From positions 1-43,216 of IMG/VR virus record IMGVR_UViG_3300010224_000022: 43,216 bases of DNA; one strand, written 5' to 3'. The DNA comes from a virus. Its lineage: Duplodnaviria > Caudoviricetes. Every line of letters begins with the position of its first letter. Position 1 is the stretch's first letter. This document shows, piece by piece, positions 16,837-27,189 of the stretch. Position numbers and translations under genes: made by a program. The notes beneath the pieces are model-generated. The model was not told the origin of the DNA and did not search any database. It was given only the letters and a program-made list of their open reading frames with translations.

Positions 16837-18829
16837 TACCCACCTCGATCATGATGCGCTTGCCCTGGCTGTTGGTCACCAGGCCCATGCCGGCGCGGAT
16901 GTTGTAACGACCCTGGCCAGCGTGCACCAGGGCTGCGTCAGGGAGGGATTTGACAAACTGCTCGATCGGAACAGCGGTTTTGCCAACGAAGACCTGGCCC
17001 CCGGGCGCCTGCGCCGCCAGATCGGCCGGCCTTATTGCCGAAATCCGCTTGTCGAAGTCGCCTTCCTCCATCCCTCGGGGCAGCGGGATCTTGCTGCCGT
17101 TGTGGTCCACGATGCGGCCGGCCACCAGGCGGATCGCGCGGCTGGTGTCGTTACCGCTGCCCTCAGCGGCGAAGCCAGCCTGCACATAGTAGGCGGCGTC
17201 GATCATGCGGTCGCGCACTTCCTGGTTGGGAAACGCGTCGCCGATCTCCTTGGCGATCGCGCCGCGCCAGCCAGTCTCCTTGTGCTCGTCGATCAGGATC
17301 GCCTTGTCCTTGATAGCCCGGGCGCCCTTGATGACCAGCTCGCTGACGTAGCGGCCCTGGGTGGTTGAGAGGTCGCCGATCATCATTGCGGTGGCCAGTA
17401 CCTTGTCCTTGGCGTCGATTTGGCGCGCCAGAGCGGCCAGCCGGTCGCCGTCGCCGATCATCTTGCCGAGGCCGGCCAGCGCCGAGGACTGCTGGTCGGG
17501 CGGCAGGGCCTGCACCAGGCGGCCGATAGTCTCCGCTTCCTGCGGCTGTAACGGCGAGACTTTCTGCTCTGCGGCAGCTTCGACGGTGCTGATTTGCTTC
17601 ATGCGCTCGGCCAGCACCGCCATCGCGCCCGGGATGTCGTTCATCGGCGCGGCCGGCGCGCGCGGGATAACGCCGCGTTCCTGCGCAGCCGTCCAGGGAT
17701 TCTCCGCATAGGCCTTCTTGCCCGCTTCCATGATGCGTTCCATGTTGTCGGTGACCTTTTCCTGGTCGGGCGAGACGCCAGCGCCCGGGGTCGAGCCGGC
17801 GGCACGGCGCTGCTCAATCAGCGCGGTCTGCTGCGAAAGGGGAAGCGAGGCGAATCCGGCGACGGCGGCCTGGGAGCGGACCAGTTCCTGCACCGCCGGC
17901 GCAGCGCTGGTACCGGCCGTGAGCGCGGAAATTTCGGAGATGTAGTCGGTGGACATGTAGCGGCCGTTCAGCACCAGGTCGCGGGCGTCCTTGAGGGCGT
18001 CCCGGGCTTTGTTCTCGCGCGCTTCCTGCTCACGTTTGGCGCGCTCGGCCTCGCGCACGGCAGCGGCGGCGATGCCCTGTTCGTAGCCGTAGGCCTTCGT
18101 GATCAGCGCGGTGCGGCGGGCGGGATCGAGGATTTCGCCGTCCGGGCCCTCGATCTTTTCGCGCGCGGCGCGCACCAGGTCGGCGTTACCGGTCTGCGCG
18201 GCGCCCTCCAGGGTGGCGTCGGCGAAGTTGTACGAAGCCGATTCCTTGAAGGATTGTTTGGCCGAGGCGATCTTCGCCGGGTCCCAGCCCGCGGCCGGGC
18301 CCATCGTGTCGACGGCGCTATCCCACTGCTTGATCGCGCCCGGCAGATCGCGCATCGCCGCGCGCTGGAACTGCTCGCTCATGCCCAGCAGGTTAGCGCC
18401 GGTCTCGCTCTGGGTGCGGGCGATGGCGATACCGTTGAGATGGCGCTCGAGCTGGCCGTTCGATTTGGTCAGGTGCTCATCGATGACGGTGCGCTGGTCG
18501 ACCGTGAAGTCCTTCGTGATCTCCCCGGTGAACTCGCCCATCCGCCGGCGGAATTCGGGCACCGCCTGGGCTGCAGGAAGCTTGCCATCCGTGACATCGC
18601 GGCCGATCTCGTCGGCCAGGTCGTGTCCTTTGTTCGTCGCGGTGGCCAGCCCAAGGCCCGCCTGCGCCCGCTGCCGCTGCAGCTCGACATGCTGCATATC
18701 CTGGACGGCGCCATTGAGCGCACGGGACACGTTACCGAGCGCGTCGCCGACGGCGCCATTGTCGCGCGCCATGACCTGGCGCTGTGGCTCGGCGACGACG
18801 TTGCCGAAGTTACCTATTGGGATTCTCAT
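16823..18829 (-). CDS. Internal virion protein (668 aa)
   Basis: Start MRIPIGNFG; long helical ORF in the ejection-protein cluster. Confidence 0.7.
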   Translation of the reverse strand: MRIPIGNFGNVVAEPQRQVMARDNGAVGDALGNVSRALNGAVQDMQHVELQRQRAQAGLGLATATNKGHDLADEIGRDVTDGKLPAAQAVPEFRRRMGEFTGEITKDFTVDQRTVIDEHLTKSNGQLERHLNGIAIARTQSETGANLLGMSEQFQRAAMRDLPGAIKQWDSAVDTMGPAAGWDPAKIASAKQSFKESASYNFADATLEGAAQTGNADLVRAAREKIEGPDGEILDPARRTALITKAYGYEQGIAAAAVREAERAKREQEARENKARDALKDARDLVLNGRYMSTDYISEISALTAGTSAAPAVQELVRSQAAVAGFASLPLSQQTALIEQRRAAGSTPGAGVSPDQEKVTDNMERIMEAGKKAYAENPWTAAQERGVIPRAPAAPMNDIPGAMAVLAERMKQISTVEAAAEQKVSPLQPQEAETIGRLVQALPPDQQSSALAGLGKMIGDGDRLAALARQIDAKDKVLATAMMIGDLSTTQGRYVSELVIKGARAIKDKAILIDEHKETGWRGAIAKEIGDAFPNQEVRDRMIDAAYYVQAGFAAEGSGNDTSRAIRLVAGRIVDHNGSKIPLPRGMEEGDFDKRISAIRPADLAAQAPGGQVFVGKTAVPIEQFVKSLPDAALVHAGQGRYNIRAGMGLVTNSQGKRIMIEVGNGNR

Positions 18830-19311
18830 ACTGGTCCTTTCGCCTGCGAGGTCTTCCACTTGCCGTAGCTCGAGGCGGAGCTGAGCAGCGTCGCGCCGGC
18901 GTTCAGGTAGCCCGCCGTCATTGCGCTTTGGCCTTCGGCCTGCAGCATGCCGGCCTGGGTATTTGCACTGGCTTGGCGTCGCGTCCCGGTCAGCAGCGTG
19001 TTGTAGGCGTCGTCCTCGGAATCCTTGTAGATCTGCTCATTAATGCGCAACGGCGTGCCTTCGCCGATCGAGACGCCCGCCGCCGCCATCGATGCGTTGG
19101 CCTGGCCGGCTGTCGCCCGAGCAGCCTTGCGGATCTTCTCGGCCTGGGCGACGGCAGCGTCCTTCTCCTGCGCGCCTTGGCGGCGCGCGAGCTCGGCGTT
19201 GGCCTCGGCCGTGTTCTTTTGCGTGTCGGCGCTGTACAGCGTAGCTGTCGTGCCAACGACAGCAGATGCGACTGCCGCCATGGCCATTAACGAAATCGGA
19301 TCAACTCCCAT
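18826..19311 (-). CDS. Internal virion protein, T7 gp14-like position (161 aa)
   Basis: Hydrophobic Ala/Gly N-terminus, AAAGV..GEGTP motif, coiled coil. Confidence 0.7.
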   Translation of the reverse strand: MGVDPISLMAMAAVASAVVGTTATLYSADTQKNTAEANAELARRQGAQEKDAAVAQAEKIRKAARATAGQANASMAAAGVSIGEGTPLRINEQIYKDSEDDAYNTLLTGTRRQASANTQAGMLQAEGQSAMTAGYLNAGATLLSSASSYGKWKTSQAKGPV

Positions 19312-19759
19312 AATTAATCTCCAGTCCAATTGCGCACCGGGAGAATCCCAGTGCTTCATAAAGTCCAGCTGTCCGCTCTGGATCAATTCCGGTCGAGGTG
19401 CCGGCCTGCAGCCATTTCGCCCCGCGCAGCTCGCCCCAGGCCCGCAGCGCGCCGATCAGGCGCACTGCGACCATGTTCCCGCGCGCTTCCGGCGCCATGA
19501 AAAAGCTCACCTCCTGCGCTACGATGTCGTCGCTGGACCAGTGGGGCGAGGCCATGCCGGCGATCCCGCCGACCACCAGGCCCTGCTGCTCGGCCACGAA
19601 CACGACGCCATTCGCTTCCAGGATCAGGTGGGCTAGGAAGTGGGCGGCCTTGGCCCGGTTGAACGACAGCCGCGACCAGCGCGGGCTTTCCTTGTGCAGC
19701 TGCTCGCCCAGCTCGAGGATGCGCGGCAGATCGTCCAATGTTGCTACTCGAATTCCCAT
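19301..19759 (-). CDS. GNAT-fold protein of the podovirus tail/core cluster (152 aa)
   Basis: IRVATLDD...FFMAPEARG...GLYEALGF GNAT signature. Confidence 0.8.
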   Translation of the reverse strand: MGIRVATLDDLPRILELGEQLHKESPRWSRLSFNRAKAAHFLAHLILEANGVVFVAEQQGLVVGGIAGMASPHWSSDDIVAQEVSFFMAPEARGNMVAVRLIGALRAWGELRGAKWLQAGTSTGIDPERTAGLYEALGFSRCAIGLEINYGS

Positions 19760-19766
19760 GGATGCC

Positions 19767-21941
19767 TCAGCTGTTGACGGTGATCTTGCGCACGACCGCA
19801 AGAAGGTTGAAGGGGTACGGCTCATCCTGGCTGATCGTGATCTTTCCTTCACCGCGTGACCATTCAGTCAGCCCGGCGCGCTTGACGCCCGAATAGGCCT
19901 CCGGCGCTACGTCGAGGAGATGGGCACCGAACTCGCGGAAAGCGATGTCGTCGCCGTTGATCTTTGCCCCGATGGTGTCGGCCAACAGGAGCGAGACTTC
20001 GTGCACGCGCTGCGCGTTGCCTTGGCTGGAGCCGTCGCCAGCCTGGATCTCCGGGGCCAGCAGAGTGACGCTGTTCGAGAATGGCAGACCGATCTCGACG
20101 GCGAGCGCCTGGCGTGGAAGCTCGATCTCGCCGTCGACGACGGTGAAGGTTCCAACGTAGACGCCGTCCGCGCGCACCGCCACGGTCTTGCCCTCGAGGT
20201 GGTCGATCCCACCCCAGACGGCTTTGCCAGTGCCATCGGCGCCGATGATTGCGCAGTCGGTATAAAGGGCGGCGTCATAGCGCTCCACGTACCGTTTGGC
20301 CTGACCGTCGACAGTTCGCTGGACAATGAACCACACCTCATCACCTTCTGCGTTCGGGATCGTGGCGCAGGATTCATAGAGGCCGTCGGTCTGCTGTGGG
20401 GTCCAGGCAATCACACCCTCGTCGCGATCGAGCGTCAGCGTAGCCAGCTTTCCGTCCTTGCGGACGCACCAGAGGCGCGATCCGGGTTCCTGCTGGTAGG
20501 CCATGTCGGCAATACCGGAAGCGGTGATGTGTTCGGCCAGCACGGTCAGGTCGGGCGCGTTGTAGGTGTCCGTCGTGATGCTGTAGGCCAGCGAACGGAC
20601 CTTGCGGCCGGCGCGCTGGACGAACAGCACCTCGTTGCCGATCCGGAGCGGTTTGACCTGGTTGCAGCCGTAGACCGAGGGGCTGCGGGCCTTGACACTG
20701 GTCGGCGTCAGGGCCTCATCGTTCCCGCCTTCCATCGTGTATTCGCCGCCGTAGGTCAGCGGCATCAGCGCCTTGGCAGCTGCCATGCGCTGGATCGGGT
20801 TGATCTGGCCGGTGGAGGGCAGCGCGAAGCTGAATGCGTCGTCGGCGTTCGTACCGATCGTGAAGTCGTAGAACAGGCCGGACCTGCTGCCCCAGACCGT
20901 CTGCGGATACCGCGGCGAGCCGGCCACCGTCAGGCGCTGCTCGTACAGGGCGCCGGTGCTCGGGTAGCCGTAGGTGCTGTTCCAGACCGATGCTTCCAGC
21001 GTCCAGGCGCTGGCCGGTGAAGCCACGACGGCGGCCAGCTCCTCCTTGATCGTCGCCTGGGCATTCTGGGGATCGGTCACGCTGTCGATCTTCACCATGC
21101 CGCCGTTGATGCGGACGAACTTCCCGGCGTCTTCCGCGCGCCAGGCGTCGGCACCGGCCACCAGGGTGATGCTTGCGCCGACCGGGGTGTCCGCCGATGG
21201 CGTGATGTCGGTCTGGGGGGAGTCGAGCAGCTCCCAGGCGCTGGCCGGGAGCAGCGCCACCGGAAAAGTGCTCTCGATGTCGACCGTGACGTTGGTGTTG
21301 CTGGTAAAGCCGGTGATCAGGGCGGCGCCCGACTGGAAGGCGATGCGGCGGCCGACGTCGCCGGCGAGGAAGGCCGCGGCGGAGGCGATGGCGGTGCGGC
21401 CGGTGCCTACCTCAGGATTCGACAGGGTCAAGGTGACAGCAAAACTGTGCCCGATTTCATCGAATGGCGCCACCGTGAGCGGCGCGGGCTTGAGCGCCCA
21501 GTAGTCCGGGGCGACGCGCTGCAGGGTATGGATCGGTTTGCCGCGATGGAAAATGAACATCGTGTCGGCGCCCTGGGTGTAGTCCATCTCGGCCAGCATG
21601 TCTTCCGTGTAGGGCGTGACGATCTCGTACGGCACGCCGCTGCTGAGCACCTGGCCGCCGCTCTGAACATACACACGCATGTAGAGGTGGCCGAATTCCA
21701 GCATGTACGCTTGGGTGGTGCTGAAGATGTAGGGCACCAGGCGGGAGCGCTTCTCCGACTGCTTCGTCTCAGCAACGAAAGCAGACCCGGGCCGGCGGCC
21801 TGCGCCGCCGTGGATGTCGACCAGGCAGTTCGGCATCGCGGCTGCGCCGTTCTGGTAGCGGGTGACGTCCACGCGCCCGTAGCACTTGGGCGAGATCTCG
21901 CCGGCGGTGAAGTTGTATTGATCAATTGTGACGCGCGGCAT
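19767..21941 (-). CDS. Tail tubular protein B / nozzle (T7 gp12- or P22 gp10-like)
   Basis: NFTAGEISP...GGAGRRPG, YPSTGALYEQRL, PQTVWGSRSG; 724 aa beta-rich. Confidence 0.85.
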   Translation of the reverse strand: MPRVTIDQYNFTAGEISPKCYGRVDVTRYQNGAAAMPNCLVDIHGGAGRRPGSAFVAETKQSEKRSRLVPYIFSTTQAYMLEFGHLYMRVYVQSGGQVLSSGVPYEIVTPYTEDMLAEMDYTQGADTMFIFHRGKPIHTLQRVAPDYWALKPAPLTVAPFDEIGHSFAVTLTLSNPEVGTGRTAIASAAAFLAGDVGRRIAFQSGAALITGFTSNTNVTVDIESTFPVALLPASAWELLDSPQTDITPSADTPVGASITLVAGADAWRAEDAGKFVRINGGMVKIDSVTDPQNAQATIKEELAAVVASPASAWTLEASVWNSTYGYPSTGALYEQRLTVAGSPRYPQTVWGSRSGLFYDFTIGTNADDAFSFALPSTGQINPIQRMAAAKALMPLTYGGEYTMEGGNDEALTPTSVKARSPSVYGCNQVKPLRIGNEVLFVQRAGRKVRSLAYSITTDTYNAPDLTVLAEHITASGIADMAYQQEPGSRLWCVRKDGKLATLTLDRDEGVIAWTPQQTDGLYESCATIPNAEGDEVWFIVQRTVDGQAKRYVERYDAALYTDCAIIGADGTGKAVWGGIDHLEGKTVAVRADGVYVGTFTVVDGEIELPRQALAVEIGLPFSNSVTLLAPEIQAGDGSSQGNAQRVHEVSLLLADTIGAKINGDDIAFREFGAHLLDVAPEAYSGVKRAGLTEWSRGEGKITISQDEPYPFNLLAVVRKITVNS

Positions 21942-21950
21942 GGCTCGCTC

Positions 21951-22517
21951 CTACGAGAACCGGGATTCGAGGAACGTTCCGGCCGCGAACTCCTCCGGCG
22001 GGTCGTCCTGGCCGTCGATCGCCTTCGCTACCTTCAGCTCGCGCGCGAACTCGTCGCGGTAGCTGTCGCGGATGCTGCTCGATGCGGTCACGGCATAGGC
22101 CATCTTGGCGGCCATGGCCAGCTCCATCACGTGAATTAGGTTGGTCGACCAGGTGTCCTCGACGGTATTGCGGAAGCAGTACACCAGGGGGAGCACGGTC
22201 ACGTCGGCCAGGATCCGTTGGCGTTCCATGCGGTACTCGATCGGGTCGCTTTTCTGCCCGACCTGCAGCGTGCGCAGCCAGTCGCCAGGAAGCTGGAACT
22301 GGTAGGCGAAATCGAAGGCGGGAGCGTTGGCGAGGGGCGCGAGGAGCACGCGGTCGGTAGCGCAGTTCCAGCTGTGCAGCCGCAGCACGTCGTCGCGCAC
22401 GCTGGGATACAGGCTGGCGGCGACACGCACGTGCGGCTTCGCCTCATCGAATGAACTGAACGGCGCGCCACCCAGCATCATCAGCGCGTTGGAGCAAATC
22501 GAAACGGAGCTTGTCAT
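21951..22517 (-). CDS. Tail tubular protein A / head-tail adaptor
   Basis: SICSNALMMLG...LRLHSWNCA...YQFQLPGDWLR. Confidence 0.85.
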   Translation of the reverse strand: MTSSVSICSNALMMLGGAPFSSFDEAKPHVRVAASLYPSVRDDVLRLHSWNCATDRVLLAPLANAPAFDFAYQFQLPGDWLRTLQVGQKSDPIEYRMERQRILADVTVLPLVYCFRNTVEDTWSTNLIHVMELAMAAKMAYAVTASSSIRDSYRDEFARELKVAKAIDGQDDPPEEFAAGTFLESRFS

Positions 22518-22530
22518 ATCGACCCTTCAA

Positions 22531-22556
22531 GAAAAAACCGGGGCACAAGGCCCCGG
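22531..22556 (-). terminator. Rho-independent terminator after the capsid/decoration genes
   Basis: Minus strand ccggggcc-ttgt-gccccgg followed by tttttt. Confidence 0.75.
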
Positions 22557-22593
22557 CGAATACCCCGAGGGGTAGGAGACAACGGTTGCAGGT

Positions 22594-23049
22594 TCAATCG
22601 GTGACGTAGGACAGTTCGACCTTCAGCACCTGGTTGGCTGCCAGCGCGGCCACACGCACGGTAGCGTAGACGTCCACCTCTTCGGTGGTCACGTACTCGG
22701 CGCCGTTGGTGATCAGCGCGCCGTTGATGGCGGTCTTGGTGCCGGCAGCGGCGATATCGACGCCCACCGCAATGCCGTCAGCATCGATGACCGTGCCATC
22801 CTTGGTTTTGCGCACGCCGATGTCGAGGACCGCGGTGGCGTTGCCGGCCGCGCAGCCGACAAGGGCCTCGGCCAGGATGCGCGAGTTGACCGGAATACGG
22901 CCGAGGAAGATCGTGTCGTTGATCGCGGCGCCCGGGTGTACTGCCGGCATCTTCGCGGCCAGGATGCGCACGCGGCCGAACGATTCATGCGGCATCAGTT
23001 TCTGGGCGCCGAGAATCTTTGCGCCCTGGGTGGAATTCACTTCAGCCAT
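22594..23049 (-). CDS. Putative capsid decoration / virion structural protein (151 aa)
   Basis: Beta-rich ORF right after capsid gene; RBS aggag. Confidence 0.65.
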   Translation of the reverse strand: MAEVNSTQGAKILGAQKLMPHESFGRVRILAAKMPAVHPGAAINDTIFLGRIPVNSRILAEALVGCAAGNATAVLDIGVRKTKDGTVIDADGIAVGVDIAAAGTKTAINGALITNGAEYVTTEEVDVYATVRVAALAANQVLKVELSYVTD

Positions 23050-23118
23050 GTCTGGCTCCTTCTAAAGTTGAGAGATTCGAAACACGATGGCCAGCCGGTG
23101 AGGGCTGGCCGAAGCCGA

Positions 23119-23985
23119 TCAGACGAAGTCGAGCTGGACCACTGCGTCTTCCCAGACACGGACGGCACCGACCGAGCCTGCCGCAGACACCTGCATCGTG
23201 TCCTTCTTGTCAGCGCGGCGCTGGCTCTTGCCTTCGAAGAAGCCGGTACCGAAGTGGATCGCCTTCTTCGCCCAGGCCACTGCGCTGTAGGTGCCGCCCA
23301 CGTTGTTGACCTTTTCGTAGGGCACCCAGTTGAAGCCCATCCACTTGCCGGCCAGGTTGCCTTCCTGGAGCATCTTGACCGCCATGAAGTCGGCGCTCGT
23401 CAGGGTCGTGTCGGCCAGAATGTCCTCGAGCATTTCCGAGGTGTAGGTGATGAACAGCTCCTGCGGATCATCTGCCTCGCTGTCGCATTCGTTGGCGCGG
23501 AAAATCTTCTTGGCCGTGATGATCTTGGTCTTCGTGAAGCCGGTACCGCCGGCGGCGATCTTCTGGCCGGCCGGCAGCGCGATCAGCGAACCGTCCTTGG
23601 CCTGGGAGTTGCCCAGGGCGGCCTGGTAGATGATGCTGTCCTTGCGGCGGTTCCAGGCGGCGATCAGCGAGGTCATGTAGTCGCCGTTCGGATTAGCCAG
23701 CACCTTCGGCTCGTCGGCACGATCGACCGGCAGCGCCTGGTAGAAGTCGCGCATCAGGGCCACGCGGGTGGAGTGCTGGATCTCGCTCCAGACGGTGTCG
23801 CCATGGCGAGAGGTGTTCTCCGGCGTGTCTTCGGTAGCGCCGAGTTTATTGCCGGTGAACGATTCACCGGTGATCGTGCCGCGGTCGGTGACGCGCGACT
23901 CGAAGCGTGAAGTCTTTTGCTGGGCGGCCATGCGCAGCGTAGTGTCGAACTGCTGGACAAAGGCCTGGGTGATAGTCTGGGACAT
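23119..23985 (-). CDS. Major capsid protein
   Basis: ITQAFVQQF...QQKTSR, LTSADF, GKWMGFNW, GAVRV; follows scaffold; RBS ggag. Confidence 0.9.
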   Translation of the reverse strand: MSQTITQAFVQQFDTTLRMAAQQKTSRFESRVTDRGTITGESFTGNKLGATEDTPENTSRHGDTVWSEIQHSTRVALMRDFYQALPVDRADEPKVLANPNGDYMTSLIAAWNRRKDSIIYQAALGNSQAKDGSLIALPAGQKIAAGGTGFTKTKIITAKKIFRANECDSEADDPQELFITYTSEMLEDILADTTLTSADFMAVKMLQEGNLAGKWMGFNWVPYEKVNNVGGTYSAVAWAKKAIHFGTGFFEGKSQRRADKKDTMQVSAAGSVGAVRVWEDAVVQLDFV

Positions 23986-24127
23986 ACAGTATCTCCAAAA
24001 GGTGAGGGATGGTCGCCTTCAGGTTGTCCGTCACCGGGCCTGTGCTACGACCGTCGCATCGGCTGCCATGCGAAGGCGCGGGCTTTGAAGGTTGTCTGCG
24101 CGCCACCGCAGGCCTTGAATGCTGGCA

Positions 24128-24162
24128 ATGATTGCGCTGTTGGCCGGTCGGAATCCCGACTA
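24128..24162 (-). promoter_or_regulatory. Putative late promoter box 2 (upstream of capsid)
   Basis: Identical 20-mer at 24143-24162; minus-strand hexamer AATCAT 9 nt downstream. Confidence 0.7.
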
Positions 24163-24178
24163 TTTGCATGGAGGAATG

Positions 24179-24205
24179 AAAAAGGCCCGCACACGGCGGG
24201 CCTTT
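24179..24205 (-). terminator. Terminator after scaffold gene
   Basis: aaaggcccgc-N5-gcgggccttt hairpin followed by T-run on minus strand. Confidence 0.75.
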
Positions 24206-24223
24206 CGTCGGGACAGCTGGTGA

Positions 24224-25090
24224 TCAGCCGGCAGCTTCTGTACCGTGCTTGCGCTCGAAATACTTGCGGACCTTCTCGCTGGTCTTGGCATGGTCAGGAT
24301 GGCGCGGGTTCGTGTAGGCCTCGGACGTGAGCAGGGTATTGATGTCGTCCTGGGTGACCATGGCCGCGCCGCCAGCACCAGGGTCTTCCTGGAACTCGGG
24401 GCCCAGCGCCGCCATCAGGCGCAGGAACTGCGGATTGTTACCGAGCGGGCCGTCCATGATCTCTTTCACGTCGAGGCCGGCCTTTTGAGCGGCGGCGCTG
24501 GTACCGACGTAGGCGTTTCGGACATTGCGGGTGAAATCGGCGTCGGTGGCCCATGATTTTTTCAGTTCGGCGGTGGCGGTGGTGGCGTCATACTGCGCGG
24601 CGCCGGCGGCGAGCTGCGGGGCCATCTCGAAGTACTTGCCCATGACGAAATCGACCTGGGCCTGATTCAGCCCTGCGGCGTGCGCGCCGGCAAGGAAGCC
24701 CTTCATGCCTTCGTCCTTGGCCGGGTCAAACGCTTCCTTGAGCGCGTCCGGCACGGTGATCTTGTATTCGCTGGCGTCCTTCGGCGGCGCTTCACCGGAG
24801 CCGAAGCGCTTTTCCAGGCTGCCGTAGGCCTCGGCCAGCTTGCGCGACGAGGCGTCCATGTCCAGGGTGCCGTCTTCCTTCATGACGCGCAGCTTCTCGG
24901 GGATGAAGTCGGTCGGGGATGGGGCGGCCGGGTCGGCGCCGCTGGACAGCAGCGAAGCAGGCGGTGTGGCCGGCGCGGGTGCTGCTGGAGCACCTGGTGC
25001 CGGAGTTGCGGGCGGCGTGACCGGAGCACCACCAGGTGCGGGATCGCCGGCAGCGTTCATGTAGCGGTGAATGAGTCTCTTGATCAGCAC
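24224..25090 (-). CDS. Capsid scaffolding/assembly protein
   Basis: Pro/Ala-rich N-terminus, GLNQAQ, LGNNPQF, AY.NP.HPDH C-terminus; between portal and capsid. Confidence 0.8.
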   Translation of the reverse strand: MLIKRLIHRYMNAAGDPAPGGAPVTPPATPAPGAPAAPAPATPPASLLSSGADPAAPSPTDFIPEKLRVMKEDGTLDMDASSRKLAEAYGSLEKRFGSGEAPPKDASEYKITVPDALKEAFDPAKDEGMKGFLAGAHAAGLNQAQVDFVMGKYFEMAPQLAAGAAQYDATTATAELKKSWATDADFTRNVRNAYVGTSAAAQKAGLDVKEIMDGPLGNNPQFLRLMAALGPEFQEDPGAGGAAMVTQDDINTLLTSEAYTNPRHPDHAKTSEKVRKYFERKHGTEAAG

Positions 25091-25092
25091 GT

Positions 25093-25338
25093 TTATTCCT
25101 CCTGATTGTTGACGTCCACGCCCTGGGCGCGGTTGATCTGATTGACGATGAATTCCAGCACGCGGCGCTGGCCGTCACGCTGGTAGGTTTGCAGCACCGC
25201 ATCGATGCCGCCGGTAAGGACGGCCGGGCGGGCAAAGAGTCGGGTCAGGTGCTCGAGGATGGCCACGCCGCGGGCATCGTCCTCGAAGAGGGCCGCGTAT
25301 TCCTTCGGGCCCGGCTCGTGGGAAAGGCGGTCGCTCAT
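25093..25338 (-). CDS. Small virion-associated protein (Bbp19-like)
   Basis: YAALF...GVAILEHL...YQRDGQRRVL pattern; directly after portal. Confidence 0.7.
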   Translation of the reverse strand: MSDRLSHEPGPKEYAALFEDDARGVAILEHLTRLFARPAVLTGGIDAVLQTYQRDGQRRVLEFIVNQINRAQGVDVNNQEE

Positions 25339-26942
25339 GCCGACACCATGCCCTGGGCCAGCTGCGGCGCCATCTTCTGGGCCATCTCAGCCTGCTGTTG
25401 CTGCTGCTGGGCGGCCTGCTGCTGTTTGGCCCGGTTGTCGCGGATTGCCTGGATGTCCTCCTTCGAGCGGCCGACCCGCGCCGGCGCGCCACGGCCTTCC
25501 AGGATGATGCTGACGCTCGCCTCGATGTCGATCGTGTCCCAGACGGCTGGATCCTGCGTCGCCTCGGCGATCTGGCCGACGGCCGCCAGCGAGGTCTCGA
25601 CCGCGTTGACCTCTTCCAGCTTCTGAGCCTTCGCGTTCGGCGATTCGAACTTGACGTTGTAGTTGCGGCCAGCCAGCGATTGAGGCGGCGGCGGGAGGAT
25701 GCCAGCCCGCAGGGCCAGGCCAAAGCAGCGGTTGATCATCGGCGCGTACCATTCGGCCTGCATCCTGCCGTAGATGGGGCCCAGCAGCTGGCGAATCATC
25801 TGCACGCGGACGTGGACCTCGGTGGCGCTGCGCACCGGCCCATCCTGGGGCGTCAGCTGGTCGGCCATCAGGGTCTTGCGGATTGCCGCCTGTAGCTGCT
25901 CCTTCTTCGTGAAGGACAGGTCGAACTTGGCGCCGCTCTGCAGCGACTTCATGCTGTCGACGCTGTTGGCCACGATGATCTTGCGCGGGCCGACCTTCAC
26001 GGTGCGCGGGTTCAGCACGCCGTCGTCCTCGGCGATCCACATGCCCGAGATGGCCATGTCCAGGTTCGTGTCCTCGAGGTAGACCAGGCGGTTGAGCTGC
26101 TTGACGTCCGGCAGCGCGCGGAACATCGGCCCGATCGCATACTCACTATTTGGCAGCTTGGCCCAGCGCGGCGCCACGAACGGGCATTCGTGAAATCCCG
26201 ACTCGCGCACCAGGTGCTTGCTGTCGACCTCCACGTGGCAGGAAGCAAAGGCCAGATTCTTGGCGCGGACACCGGTGGCCTCCCTGCTGCGCGGGTAGAT
26301 CGACTGGCAGAACTTGACCTTCTCGTCGGGCTTGCCGTCGGCAACCAGCTTGCGCACCTTCTCGCTGACGTTCTCCTCACCGAAGTCCTTGATGGCCTGC
26401 TCGGCGCTTAGCTCGTAGGAACGCACCAGGGTGTCGGGCAGGCCGCCAGGCTTCGACGCGGCGATGTAGCAGGACGCCATCGGCCACAGCTCGAAGTGAT
26501 AGCCGCCCAGCTCGCGGTCGACGTCGATGTTCAGGACGAACCAGCCAGCCGGGACCATGTCGGTGCAGGCCTCGAAGCCGACGGCGTCGAAGTTGGAGCC
26601 GTGGATGTTCTCGAAGATGGTCTCGGCGCACACGTCGAACCAGCGCTTCTCCTCGTCGGTGTCCTGGCCGGTGGTCAGGCCGAACCAGCGGGAATTGCTC
26701 GGGGTGCCGCCGGACATGATGGCGGCGGCCAGGATCTGGCCAGCGTCGGTCGAGGTCGAGTCCATCAGGCGCGCGCGCTTGGCCTGCAGGGCCACCGCAT
26801 CGTTCTTCTCGCCGTAGAAGCCGTCGCCACGCTCCGGGAACGAGTAGTCGAAGCAGTCGCGCCACAGCGGTTCGTGCGGCGTGCGCAGCTGCTCGAGCGA
26901 TGCCTTCCTGCGCATGATCTGCGTTGCCAGTTCCTGGGACAC
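25335..26942 (-). CDS. Portal (T7-like head-tail connector)
   Basis: DSTSTDA...WF, PRW...YAIGP...ALPDVKQLN, SATEV..R....LGP; Gln-rich C-terminus. Confidence 0.92.
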   Translation of the reverse strand: MSQELATQIMRRKASLEQLRTPHEPLWRDCFDYSFPERGDGFYGEKNDAVALQAKRARLMDSTSTDAGQILAAAIMSGGTPSNSRWFGLTTGQDTDEEKRWFDVCAETIFENIHGSNFDAVGFEACTDMVPAGWFVLNIDVDRELGGYHFELWPMASCYIAASKPGGLPDTLVRSYELSAEQAIKDFGEENVSEKVRKLVADGKPDEKVKFCQSIYPRSREATGVRAKNLAFASCHVEVDSKHLVRESGFHECPFVAPRWAKLPNSEYAIGPMFRALPDVKQLNRLVYLEDTNLDMAISGMWIAEDDGVLNPRTVKVGPRKIIVANSVDSMKSLQSGAKFDLSFTKKEQLQAAIRKTLMADQLTPQDGPVRSATEVHVRVQMIRQLLGPIYGRMQAEWYAPMINRCFGLALRAGILPPPPQSLAGRNYNVKFESPNAKAQKLEEVNAVETSLAAVGQIAEATQDPAVWDTIDIEASVSIILEGRGAPARVGRSKEDIQAIRDNRAKQQQAAQQQQQQAEMAQKMAPQLAQGMVSA

Positions 26943-26944
26943 GG

Positions 26945-27163
26945 TCAGCCTCCGAGCTTGTCTTTGCCCAGGGCCAACACGCTGCCGGTCGAGACGGCAC
27001 CGGTCGCGCCCTGGGCGCCGGCCGCCAGCAGCGACTGGCTGCGCTTGGCGCGACGGTTAGCCGCGCTCTTGGCGTTGGCGGCGGCCTGAGCGTCAGCCTC
27101 GGCCTGCTGGCGCTCGGCCTTGGGATCCGTCTGGGGTGGTAAATCTGGGCTGCTTCCGCACAT
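26945..27163 (-). CDS. Small virion protein preceding portal (72 aa)
   Basis: MCGSSPDLP..., basic helix, ...KLGG end; RBS aaggag. Confidence 0.65.
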   Translation of the reverse strand: MCGSSPDLPPQTDPKAERQQAEADAQAAANAKSAANRRAKRSQSLLAAGAQGATGAVSTGSVLALGKDKLGG

Positions 27164-27189
27164 GGGAGCTCCTTGCGGTGGTGATGGGA

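Noticed and set aside
10081-18868. Long plus-strand ORFs (10081..11664, 12028..13656, 14773..16677, 17594..18868)
   Set aside because: Antisense shadows of terL and internal virion genes; only 14371..14568 kept because it fills a real gap and has TM character
19301-19759. GNAT toxin or resistance acetyltransferase
   Set aside because: Sits in the conserved slot between nozzle and internal virion genes, with no antitoxin; a morphogenesis role is more likely
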